Shown: one piece after another, positions 27,094 through 34,751 of the stretch
Layout of the letters: every line of letters starts with the position of its first letter
How positions within the stretch are numbered: the first letter of the stretch is position 1
Assembly: GCA_934098745.1 (NCBI GenBank)
Contig: CAKOPG010000005.1
Coordinates: 4,839-68,838, forward strand
Length of the DNA: 64,000 nt
Direction of reading: 5' to 3'
DNA from: an uncultured Bacilli bacterium
GTDB lineage: Bacteria; Bacillota_I; Bacilli_A; RF39; UBA660
Position numbers and translations under genes: made by a program
The notes under the pieces: generated by a model
Database searches by the model: none
What the model saw: the letters and a program-made list of their open reading frames with translations, nothing else
What the model was told of the DNA's origin: nothing

Positions 27094-27765
27094 CTACCCA
27101 CAATTATTCTTTAACTTTTTATAAAATAAATAATAATATATCAAATAAATAACAACCCCTAATATTAATCCTGTATTATGAGCCACCATTGTCCAAGAAC
27201 CACTCGTATAAGTAAATACTAAACCATATATAATTAATAGTATTTTTTCTTTTTTTGAAAAAGTTTTAATATATTCTTTATTCGTAAAGCACATTGCCAA
27301 ATTTGCTCCCATTAATCCAAATACAGCAATTGATGCTCCCGCTGACACTGAATTACCTGGAACAATTAAATTTGTAATCAAAAGACCTATAATACCACTT
27401 ATCATAAATACAAATAAAGTTAAAATTGAACCGTTATTTTTTTCCATCTTATTACCCACGATATATAATGGAATCAAATTTACAATCATATGTATTAAAA
27501 ATTGATGCATGAAAATATACGTTATCAATCGATATATTGATTTTCCATATTCATCTCCATAAGCCATAAATTCATATAATCTTCCAAAACCAAAACCTAA
27601 AATCTTAAATAATAATGAATCTGTACTTAAAGGCTGACCATTGATTTTAAAATCCATTATTCCTACAGAACTACTATCAAATAAAATAAATCTATCAACA
27701 ACATATACTAAAATACAAATTAAAATAACTACATTAGTAACTGTCAACAATTTGTTTTTTTTCAT
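27094..27765 (-). CDS. Rhomboid-family intramembrane serine protease
   Basis: Multi-TM protein. IHMIVN (HxxxN), GASIAVFGLMG (catalytic Ser region) and VAHNTGL (catalytic His region) occur in the expected order. Confidence 0.7.
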   Translation of the reverse strand: MKKNKLLTVTNVVILICILVYVVDRFILFDSSSVGIMDFKINGQPLSTDSLLFKILGFGFGRLYEFMAYGDEYGKSIYRLITYIFMHQFLIHMIVNLIPLYIVGNKMEKNNGSILTLFVFMISGIIGLLITNLIVPGNSVSAGASIAVFGLMGANLAMCFTNKEYIKTFSKKEKILLIIYGLVFTYTSGSWTMVAHNTGLILGVVIYLIYYYLFYKKLKNNCG

Positions 27766-27855
27766 AAATACCTCCTTACATCATTCTTATTACATCCTAC
27801 AAATCTAAATCCACCATTACTGCTCGCTACTATTCTTTCCATATATTTATATAAA

Positions 27856-29637
27856 TTATTCTGAAATATTTATAGATACTGCACGAAAGCCATCCAAATT
27901 ACGTCCAGAACCATAACTATTATTATAGTGAAATCCGCCGCCACTAATACCAGAACTATAACATCCACCACGACTAAGCCATGGTCCAGATGCTGAAACA
28001 AAAGTCGTATAATCACCATACCAGTTGTTTACTTCAGCTATTCCATGTCCATAGCAATATCCTCCATTACATGCTGTTAATTTATTAATTGTTGTGCCAC
28101 TACTTGCTTTATACATGTCATAATATTTACTTTCCGGAAAAGTTACTCCGACAGTTTTTGATGTTCCATCAGTTCCAAGTGCTCCCTTAAATCCAGAATT
28201 ATATGTCGTGGAAGTACCACTCCACAATTTAGAAGATGAATTGGCAAACACTCCCATTACTATTTCCCAAGTTCCTCCCGACATATCAAAAATACCGCTT
28301 ATATTCCCTGTTGTACTTTGAGGATACGCTGAAGTTGAACCATAAATTATTCCACATGTTGTACTTTGACTTTCATTTTCCGTACTGGCCCCACAACCAG
28401 TCAATGTTTTATTATTACTCCAATAATTATTTATTCTTATTTCATTATTTATTCCATATTTAGAATGTGATAAATAGATTACTGCGCCCCATTCACTATT
28501 TTTCATCATATGACTATCACTACTACTATCTAGTCCATATATTTTACTTCCAGAAAAAGTTGTTGTACCGTCGTTAAGTGTTCCTCCGGCAAATTTTAGC
28601 GATGTTTGAAACTGATCTGACGTATTTTGACTAGTTAGTGATGCATTATTTGGTTTTATCGTCGGTGTTGTAGCATCACCGGTTGTTTCAAATTTACCTA
28701 CCCATATTCCATCTAATTCTTTATTTTCAAATGTGAAAGCTGGATGAGTTAAATACTCTTCTACCTGAGTTCCCGTAGATTTTTCTGTATCTTTATCTTC
28801 AAAAACAATCTCTATCTCTTGTTCCTTGCCTTTAGCACTAGTACCTACAGTCCATATTTTATACTTATATCTCGGTATCCAGACATAATATGCTAAAATA
28901 TTATCTTCTGGTATTGTTACCCCACTGGTATTTAAATAACTACTTCTTGATGTTTCTGTTACCAGTACCGCATTAGCCCATTGTTGTCTATTATAATTAT
29001 ACCAAGAACTATCATTACTAGATACAGTCGTAACAGTGCCATCATCAGCAATAGTCACCGGTATCATCCCATCTAATAAATCAACCACAACCGCTTGACC
29101 ATTATAAATGCTGGCATTAAGTTCGGCTTTAAAAGTCTTTCCCTGTATATTAGAACTAGTCGCATCATTTCCATCTAACCAAGTATAAACTTTATAATTA
29201 TACTCTTTTTCAGCCGGTATAATTTCTTCCAATATAATAAAATCATCTTCTATATTCGCACTAGCAAAATTACCTTCTTTATATTCGGTATAATTATTAC
29301 CACCATCAATACTTCTTAAAATCGTATATTTAAAAGCAGATACAATTAATTCATTATCTATTTGTTTAATATCATAATAAAGTTTTACTTCTCCATCACT
29401 TCTACCACTATTTTTAATATTTACATCTATTGCTGAAGTACTACTATAAGTCAATGTTGGTACTAAAGTTTCCTCCACTACATAAGGCTTTAAAGTAACT
29501 CTTATTCCGTCTATATCTCCCACCGTTAGTACTAAAGCTGTTTCCTTACTTTTCCATGTAAGCCATGCCAAAGTCCCCACAAAAGAAATGATTATTAATC
29601 CTAAAAGTATTAGTAAATAAAGTTTTTTCTTATTCAT
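27856..29637 (-). CDS. Secreted/surface protein, paralog B: TasA/CalY-type signal + N-module (type 2) + FGE/lectin-like head
   Basis: N-terminus ..IIISFVGTLAWLTW... From MIPVTIADDGTVTT to the C-terminus (GFRAVSI) it is collinear with paralog A. Confidence 0.75.
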   Translation of the reverse strand: MNKKKLYLLILLGLIIISFVGTLAWLTWKSKETALVLTVGDIDGIRVTLKPYVVEETLVPTLTYSSTSAIDVNIKNSGRSDGEVKLYYDIKQIDNELIVSAFKYTILRSIDGGNNYTEYKEGNFASANIEDDFIILEEIIPAEKEYNYKVYTWLDGNDATSSNIQGKTFKAELNASIYNGQAVVVDLLDGMIPVTIADDGTVTTVSSNDSSWYNYNRQQWANAVLVTETSRSSYLNTSGVTIPEDNILAYYVWIPRYKYKIWTVGTSAKGKEQEIEIVFEDKDTEKSTGTQVEEYLTHPAFTFENKELDGIWVGKFETTGDATTPTIKPNNASLTSQNTSDQFQTSLKFAGGTLNDGTTTFSGSKIYGLDSSSDSHMMKNSEWGAVIYLSHSKYGINNEIRINNYWSNNKTLTGCGASTENESQSTTCGIIYGSTSAYPQSTTGNISGIFDMSGGTWEIVMGVFANSSSKLWSGTSTTYNSGFKGALGTDGTSKTVGVTFPESKYYDMYKASSGTTINKLTACNGGYCYGHGIAEVNNWYGDYTTFVSASGPWLSRGGCYSSGISGGGFHYNNSYGSGRNLDGFRAVSINISE

Positions 29638-29707
29638 ACAAGCACCTATATATGAGTCTTCAAAATTATCTTTTAAGAACCCATTACTTTCCTATTTTTC
29701 TATCTAA

Positions 29708-29736
29708 ATTATAGCATAACCATATTTCTTTGTAAA
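29708..29736 (-). promoter_or_regulatory. Fixed sigma-A-type promoter for paralog B (same promoter family as in the switches)
   Basis: The minus strand reads TTTACA-17 nt-TGC-TATAAT, followed by TTTAGATAG, similar to the switch promoters. Confidence 0.65.
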
Positions 29737-29781
29737 CCTTAAACTTAAATTATCTCTTCTTATAATTACTAAATATTATAG

Positions 29782-29810
29782 AAAAAAAGTAATGACTATT
29801 CAATCATTAC
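29782..29810 (-). terminator. Terminator after the DUF2207-like gene
   Basis: Stem GTAATGA / TCATTAC followed by T7 on the minus strand. Confidence 0.65.
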
Positions 29811-29824
29811 CTTTCTAATATTCT

Positions 29825-31501
29825 CTAACGACCTCCCATAGAGCCACCGCCGCCAAAAGAGCCACCGCCGCCGCCACCGGATGAAAATCCACCACCACCG
29901 GATGAATAATTCTCTGCAGCACTTCTTGCACTAGAAGCCGCTGATACACTTTTATAAGACATATTATTGATAAATATTAACGTATCATAATTCATATTAG
30001 CTTGTTCCATTTCATAAACAACCTCTGGATACATTTCCTTAAGTTGTTTAGCAACCTTATCGGCTATTCCAAATAAATATGCAAACATTAAATATTCATC
30101 CCATAATTTAACTTCAATAGCCTCTTTCGTATCCATTCTTGAAAACTCTTGTAAAAACAATTTAAGACCATATAATTTTACACTATCATCATAGATATTA
30201 TCATCCATAACATTTTTCTTTTTACATTCTTCTTTATTCTTTCTCTTATAAATATGTCCCTCATCTTTTAATTCATCTATTTTATTATTTTTAAGTTTCT
30301 TAAAGAAATCTAAAAACTTTTCATAATTATTACGACACCATTTTTCAAATTCCTTTGCTTCCAAGTAACCATCTTTTGAAGCTTTATACATCATATCAAA
30401 TAAATTTTTCTCAAGTTCATTATCAAATTCTGGATTTTTAGTTAGATCAATAATTGTTGTTTCCTTTTTAAACAAGCCCTTCGTATCAGTAGTTAAACTA
30501 ATCTTATCATTTCTTAACCACTTTAAAATAATAGCTCCCAATATATTCGTATCCTTATAATTAAATCCATTCAAATAAATTAAAGCATTCGCATAGTATA
30601 TATCTTTATTACAAGGAATATCCCTAAACATTGGGGTATTTTTCTTATCTATTTTCTTATTATTAATATATCCATATCCAGAATTAATTGCTGATTTAAT
30701 CGCAAATATTACTATTAATAAAGGTAATAATCCACTTACAATTAGATTAAATAATATTCTAACATAATCCCATAATGTCTTTTTATAGGTATAATCATAA
30801 TCATATGTTCCATCTTCAGCTTCATTTAATACATCATCAAAATTATTATATTTATCTACTCTATAATTTATATTAAATGTCTCCGCAGGAAATTTAACTA
30901 ATAAAGTTACATAATCATTAGATAATCCCCCTTCATTACTCATCTTTATTAAACCATCTTCTACATAAGCATACCCCTTATAACCATATCCCCATACATC
31001 TAAGGTATCTGGAAAAGCATAATAACTAAATACCTCTACCGTAAAATTATCCATAGTTACATTTGGAAATAAAGTCCAATATAATACCTGACTATCATCA
31101 GTATTAAAAATATAATTTGATACCTTATACTCTAACCTAAAAGTATGTCTTCTCATATCTCCCTTACCAAAACACAATTCTATTCCTTGATAAGTTTCAT
31201 TAATTCCATAATAACCACTCTTCTGACTTATTGATTCATTTACATTCCAATCTTTATAAGTCATTGGTTCATTATCCATAGACACTTTAAAATCAGTTAT
31301 CTCACTATCACCCAAATTATTTAACTGTTTATACCATTCACTCCCACTACTTGCTTTAACATCCCAAACTTCCGTTATCTCTGCACTACCATCACGAAGT
31401 AAATCAATCCGCATATCAATCTTATTAATCGTATCAGCTAAAACACTAATTGGCATAAACAAAATACCTATCATTATCATTATCCATAATTTATTTTTCA
31501 T
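29825..31501 (-). CDS. DUF2207-type membrane protein with a Gly-rich C-terminal tail
   Basis: Signal peptide, ectodomain, TM pair, cytoplasmic domain and a terminal ..GGGGFSSGGGGGGSFGGGGSMGGR. It lies next to LemA, which is the usual partnership. Confidence 0.6.
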   Translation of the reverse strand: MKNKLWIMIMIGILFMPISVLADTINKIDMRIDLLRDGSAEITEVWDVKASSGSEWYKQLNNLGDSEITDFKVSMDNEPMTYKDWNVNESISQKSGYYGINETYQGIELCFGKGDMRRHTFRLEYKVSNYIFNTDDSQVLYWTLFPNVTMDNFTVEVFSYYAFPDTLDVWGYGYKGYAYVEDGLIKMSNEGGLSNDYVTLLVKFPAETFNINYRVDKYNNFDDVLNEAEDGTYDYDYTYKKTLWDYVRILFNLIVSGLLPLLIVIFAIKSAINSGYGYINNKKIDKKNTPMFRDIPCNKDIYYANALIYLNGFNYKDTNILGAIILKWLRNDKISLTTDTKGLFKKETTIIDLTKNPEFDNELEKNLFDMMYKASKDGYLEAKEFEKWCRNNYEKFLDFFKKLKNNKIDELKDEGHIYKRKNKEECKKKNVMDDNIYDDSVKLYGLKLFLQEFSRMDTKEAIEVKLWDEYLMFAYLFGIADKVAKQLKEMYPEVVYEMEQANMNYDTLIFINNMSYKSVSAASSARSAAENYSSGGGGFSSGGGGGGSFGGGGSMGGR

Positions 31502-31505
31502 AAAA

Positions 31506-32132
31506 TCATTCCTTTAACATCTTCCGACACTCTTTATATTTTGGATAATATTTACCCACTAAACACCAAAAATCCTCACTATGATTAGGATGAATAAAAT
31601 GACTTAGTTCATGTACAATAACATAATCTAAACAACTTATATCATACTTAGACAATTCTGAATTTAAAGTAACATTATGATTTTTAATATTACATACTCC
31701 CCATCTACTAGTCATCTTTCTAATCTTTAAATTAGGTTTTGGTATCTTTTCTTCAAAAATATTATACCAATACATTAGTCTCTCTAAATATATTCTATTA
31801 ATTTCCTTACTAATATATTTATCAAGTGTCTTCTTATCCTTAACATATATCTTATTATCACTAATAGACATATCATTAAATCCATACACTATATCATAAC
31901 CCTTACCAAAATAATAAAAATTATTCTTCTTCTCTTGTTTCTTACTATCAAGATTTATCATTCTTATAATACTATCTTTATTATCATTAATAAGTTTTAA
32001 AATACTCCTTTTACTAGTAAGATAATTAGTAGTTACTACTATTTTACCATCTTTAACTCTAATATAAGTATTTCGATTATTCTTCTTAATTATATCAACA
32101 CTATATACATTTCCTAAAAGTTCTATCTCCAT
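31506..32132 (-). CDS. YgjP/DUF45-type (M48-like) zinc metallopeptidase
   Basis: VIVHELSHFIHPNHSEDFW (HExxH + H) near the C-terminus. 208 aa. Confidence 0.65.
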   Translation of the reverse strand: MEIELLGNVYSVDIIKKNNRNTYIRVKDGKIVVTTNYLTSKRSILKLINDNKDSIIRMINLDSKKQEKKNNFYYFGKGYDIVYGFNDMSISDNKIYVKDKKTLDKYISKEINRIYLERLMYWYNIFEEKIPKPNLKIRKMTSRWGVCNIKNHNVTLNSELSKYDISCLDYVIVHELSHFIHPNHSEDFWCLVGKYYPKYKECRKMLKE

Positions 32133-32172
32133 TTTATTCCCCCTAAAGAAAAAGACTACAAAAGTCTAAATC

Positions 32173-32736
32173 CTAAAATTTTACTTTTGGTGTCTCTTTT
32201 TCTTTTTCATCAATCTTAAAGTATTCAAACTTATTAAACTTAAACATATTAGCTACAATATTAGATGGGAACATTTCAACAAGATTGTTATATCCCATAG
32301 CTGAGTCATTATAAAATTGTCTAGCATAAGTAATCTTATCTTCCGTATCTTTAAGATCTTTTTGTAAAGACATAAAATTCTCATTAGCCTTAAGTTCTGG
32401 ATAAGCTTCAGATAAAGCAAATAACTTATTTAAAGCACCTGTAAGTTGATTATTCGCATCAATCTTATCATTAACAGATACCGCACTAACAGCCTTATTT
32501 CTAGCTTCAATAACCGCTGTTAAAGTACCCTCTTCATGCTTTGCATATCCCTTAACTGTCTCTACTAAATTCGGTATTAAATCAGCTCTTCTTTTCAACT
32601 GAACATCGATTTGACTAAATTGATTATTTACTTTATTTCTAGCATTTACTAACTTATTATATACACCGATAACATAAAAAGCCAAAAGAACTAATATACC
32701 AACGATTACAATTATTACAATTGTACCAGTATTCAT
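32173..32736 (-). CDS. LemA-family protein
   Basis: N-terminal TM, then ..NKLVNARNKVNNQFSQIDVQLKRRADLIPNLVETVKGYAKHE... Confidence 0.8.
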   Translation of the reverse strand: MNTGTIVIIVIVGILVLLAFYVIGVYNKLVNARNKVNNQFSQIDVQLKRRADLIPNLVETVKGYAKHEEGTLTAVIEARNKAVSAVSVNDKIDANNQLTGALNKLFALSEAYPELKANENFMSLQKDLKDTEDKITYARQFYNDSAMGYNNLVEMFPSNIVANMFKFNKFEYFKIDEKEKETPKVKF

Positions 32737-32828
32737 AACATCATCCTCCTAAAATAATTATATAACACTTTTTTTCATTTTACTAGTATTTTTATCTCTT
32801 TTTTGTAAATATTATTATTGGTGATAAA

Positions 32829-33053
32829 ATGGAAAATATAGATATTAGAAAATATATCATCGATAATTTTAAAGATGATAATGAAGAAAAAATCAAAGAT
32901 TCTATAGAAACAACAATTAAATTTAAAGATGAAGATGCTTTAATTGGTTTAGGTGTCCTATTCGAAATATTATGGGAAAGCCTAAATGAAGAAGAAAAAA
33001 AGGATAATTTAACTAAAATCAGAAATAGTATTAAAAATTTAGCTACCAACTAG
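32829..33053 (+). CDS. sspI: Small acid-soluble spore protein I-like
   Basis: 74 aa. ..ALIGLGVLFEILWESLNEEEKKDNL.. matches the SspI core (LPGLGVLFE..). Confidence 0.6.
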   Translation: MENIDIRKYIIDNFKDDNEEKIKDSIETTIKFKDEDALIGLGVLFEILWESLNEEEKKDNLTKIRNSIKNLATN

Positions 33054-33087
33054 CTATTTTTTTTATTATTTATTCATATACTTAAAT

Positions 33088-33765
33088 ATGAAAAAAATTT
33101 ATATAATTATTATTATTTTATTATTATTAATTATCCTCTTATTATATCCTAAGAAAAATAATCTTAAAATTACTTATCAAGATAATTTTACCAAAATGAA
33201 TACCATTAATAAAACTAATAGAACTAAAATAAATATATATATTCCTATAACTAAATATCAAAAATTAAATCATGAAATAAAAAAGACTGTTGATAATTAT
33301 TTAGATGAATTTAATAAAGAATCTCTTGATTCTCCACCTACAATAGATACATATAATACTCTATATATCCTATATGATGAATATTATTATAAAGAATATA
33401 TCTCTATTGTTTTATATATTGAAAAATTTACTGGTGGAGCCCATCCTAATCATACTATTAAAACGATTATCTATAATAAAGAAACCAATAATTTTATAAC
33501 TATTGACAACCTTATTGAAGATAATCCTAATATTTTAAATAATCTATCTACTATTTCAAGAGAAACACTCTTAAATAATCCTAAATTTAAAGATAATCTA
33601 GTCAAAGATATGCTATATACTGGAACTAGTCCCAATAAAGAAAACTTTACCAATATAGCATACACTCCTAATGGTCTTAATGTTTACTTTGATTATTATC
33701 AAATAGCCCCTTATTATTATGGTTATAGTGAAATATTAATTCCCTATGATAAACTAAATTTATAA
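33088..33765 (+). CDS. DUF3298/DUF4163-type (RsiV/PdaC C-terminal-like) anchored protein
   Basis: N-terminal TM. ..KFTGGAHPNH.. and C-terminal ..YFDYYQIAPYYYGYSEILIPY... Confidence 0.55.
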   Translation: MKKIYIIIIILLLLIILLLYPKKNNLKITYQDNFTKMNTINKTNRTKINIYIPITKYQKLNHEIKKTVDNYLDEFNKESLDSPPTIDTYNTLYILYDEYYYKEYISIVLYIEKFTGGAHPNHTIKTIIYNKETNNFITIDNLIEDNPNILNNLSTISRETLLNNPKFKDNLVKDMLYTGTSPNKENFTNIAYTPNGLNVYFDYYQIAPYYYGYSEILIPYDKLNL

Positions 33766-33792
33766 TTATCCCACTGGGACTAACGTAATATA
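33766..33792. repeat. Conserved 3'-flank motif (copy 2)
   Basis: TTATCCCACTGGGACTAACGTAATATA lies 7 nt beyond the stop of the 223-aa gene. Confidence 0.7.
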
Positions 33793-33799
33793 AAGATTT

Positions 33800-34471
33800 T
33801 TAATTTTGTAATACTTCAGCATGAACATATCCTGAAAATGGTAAAGCTGTATAAGTATCATCAGTTATATAACCATCTTGCCAAATAAATATATAATATG
33901 TAACTACTGTTTGCGTTATACTAAAATCACTATATATAGAAATATCATTTCCTATATCTGTTTGTGTTATATATCCTTTTTTTAACGGTGTTCCGGTAGC
34001 TGTAGCATTATCGTATACAGCATACTTAATACCAGTTCCATTACTAACCCAACTGCCACCAGCTGACGTACAAGCACTTTGCTCTGTTTTATCATTTATT
34101 GTTTCTAAAGTTGTAGCATTTTCACAATGTTCTGCTACTGTTTTAAGCAAATCAACTGAAGTCGTATCATCTATATGAACATATAAATTACCTGTTCCTG
34201 TTATATTACAGCTATTATCTATTGCTAAAGAAACCGTTCCATTAAGTCCACCTAAAGCATTCTTTGAAGGAAATAAAGTTCCTGTAATGTTTTTAGATGT
34301 CCCATCACTATTTACAATACTATAATTAATATTAAAACATTCTACCTTTGTATTATAATTACCATTAGTTACCGTAGCTGAAAAAGTTAAAAAAGCATAT
34401 GTTCCTCCAGCTATAGCAAGTAACACTAAAAAAACTATTAAAATTACTATTCTTATCTTCTTATTTTTCAT
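33800..34471 (-). CDS. TasA/CalY(camelysin)-sized secreted protein, paralog D (N-module only)
   Basis: N-terminus MKNKKIRIVILIVFLVLLAIAGGTYAFLTF. 223 aa. It ends with ..YYIFIWQDGYITDD.., equivalent to YYLWIWLDKEE in the larger paralogs. Confidence 0.65.
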   Translation of the reverse strand: MKNKKIRIVILIVFLVLLAIAGGTYAFLTFSATVTNGNYNTKVECFNINYSIVNSDGTSKNITGTLFPSKNALGGLNGTVSLAIDNSCNITGTGNLYVHIDDTTSVDLLKTVAEHCENATTLETINDKTEQSACTSAGGSWVSNGTGIKYAVYDNATATGTPLKKGYITQTDIGNDISIYSDFSITQTVVTYYIFIWQDGYITDDTYTALPFSGYVHAEVLQN

Positions 34472-34562
34472 CTTAACACCATATCCTCTATACCAAAGAT
34501 ACCATATCTAGTTAATATTTTCAACTAATTTAAAAAAATTTACATTTTTTTTAAATTTATAC

Positions 34563-34702
34563 TTGACAAAAAATATCACTTCGTTTAATATATTAACTAC
34601 CAATTCAAATTTCTTAGGCGAATTGGTGCTAGTATCACACTAGCCAACCCCTTTTTATTCTTTTTGGGAGGCTGTTACCTTAGGGGGTCAGCCTCTTTTT
34701 TT
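34563..34702 (+). promoter_or_regulatory. Promoter plus roughly 105-nt structured leader (or sRNA) ending in an intrinsic terminator, upstream of the PBP gene
   Basis: TTGACA-17 nt-TAATAT (34563-34591). Hairpins ACCAATTC..GAATTGGT and GCTAGT..ACTAGC. Terminator GAGGCTG (34668-34674) / CAGCCTC (34689-34695) plus T7. Confidence 0.55.
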
Positions 34703-34751
34703 GTTGATAATATTTTTTTTATTTATGAATACACTTAAATGAGGGAATATT

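Noticed and set aside
23846-27101. Calling the ABC pair a Bce-type bacitracin or lantibiotic resistance module.
   Set aside because: The permease has two FtsX domains, each preceded by a large ectodomain (about 850 aa), rather than the single 10-TM BceB layout. There is no adjacent two-component system. It is left as a generic MacB-class exporter.
29828-29900. A GC-rich, internally repetitive island (CCACCGCCGCC..) as a possible repeat element or foreign insert.
   Set aside because: It is the reverse complement of Gly codons encoding the Gly-rich tail of the DUF2207-type protein. It is in frame and is explained by that tail.
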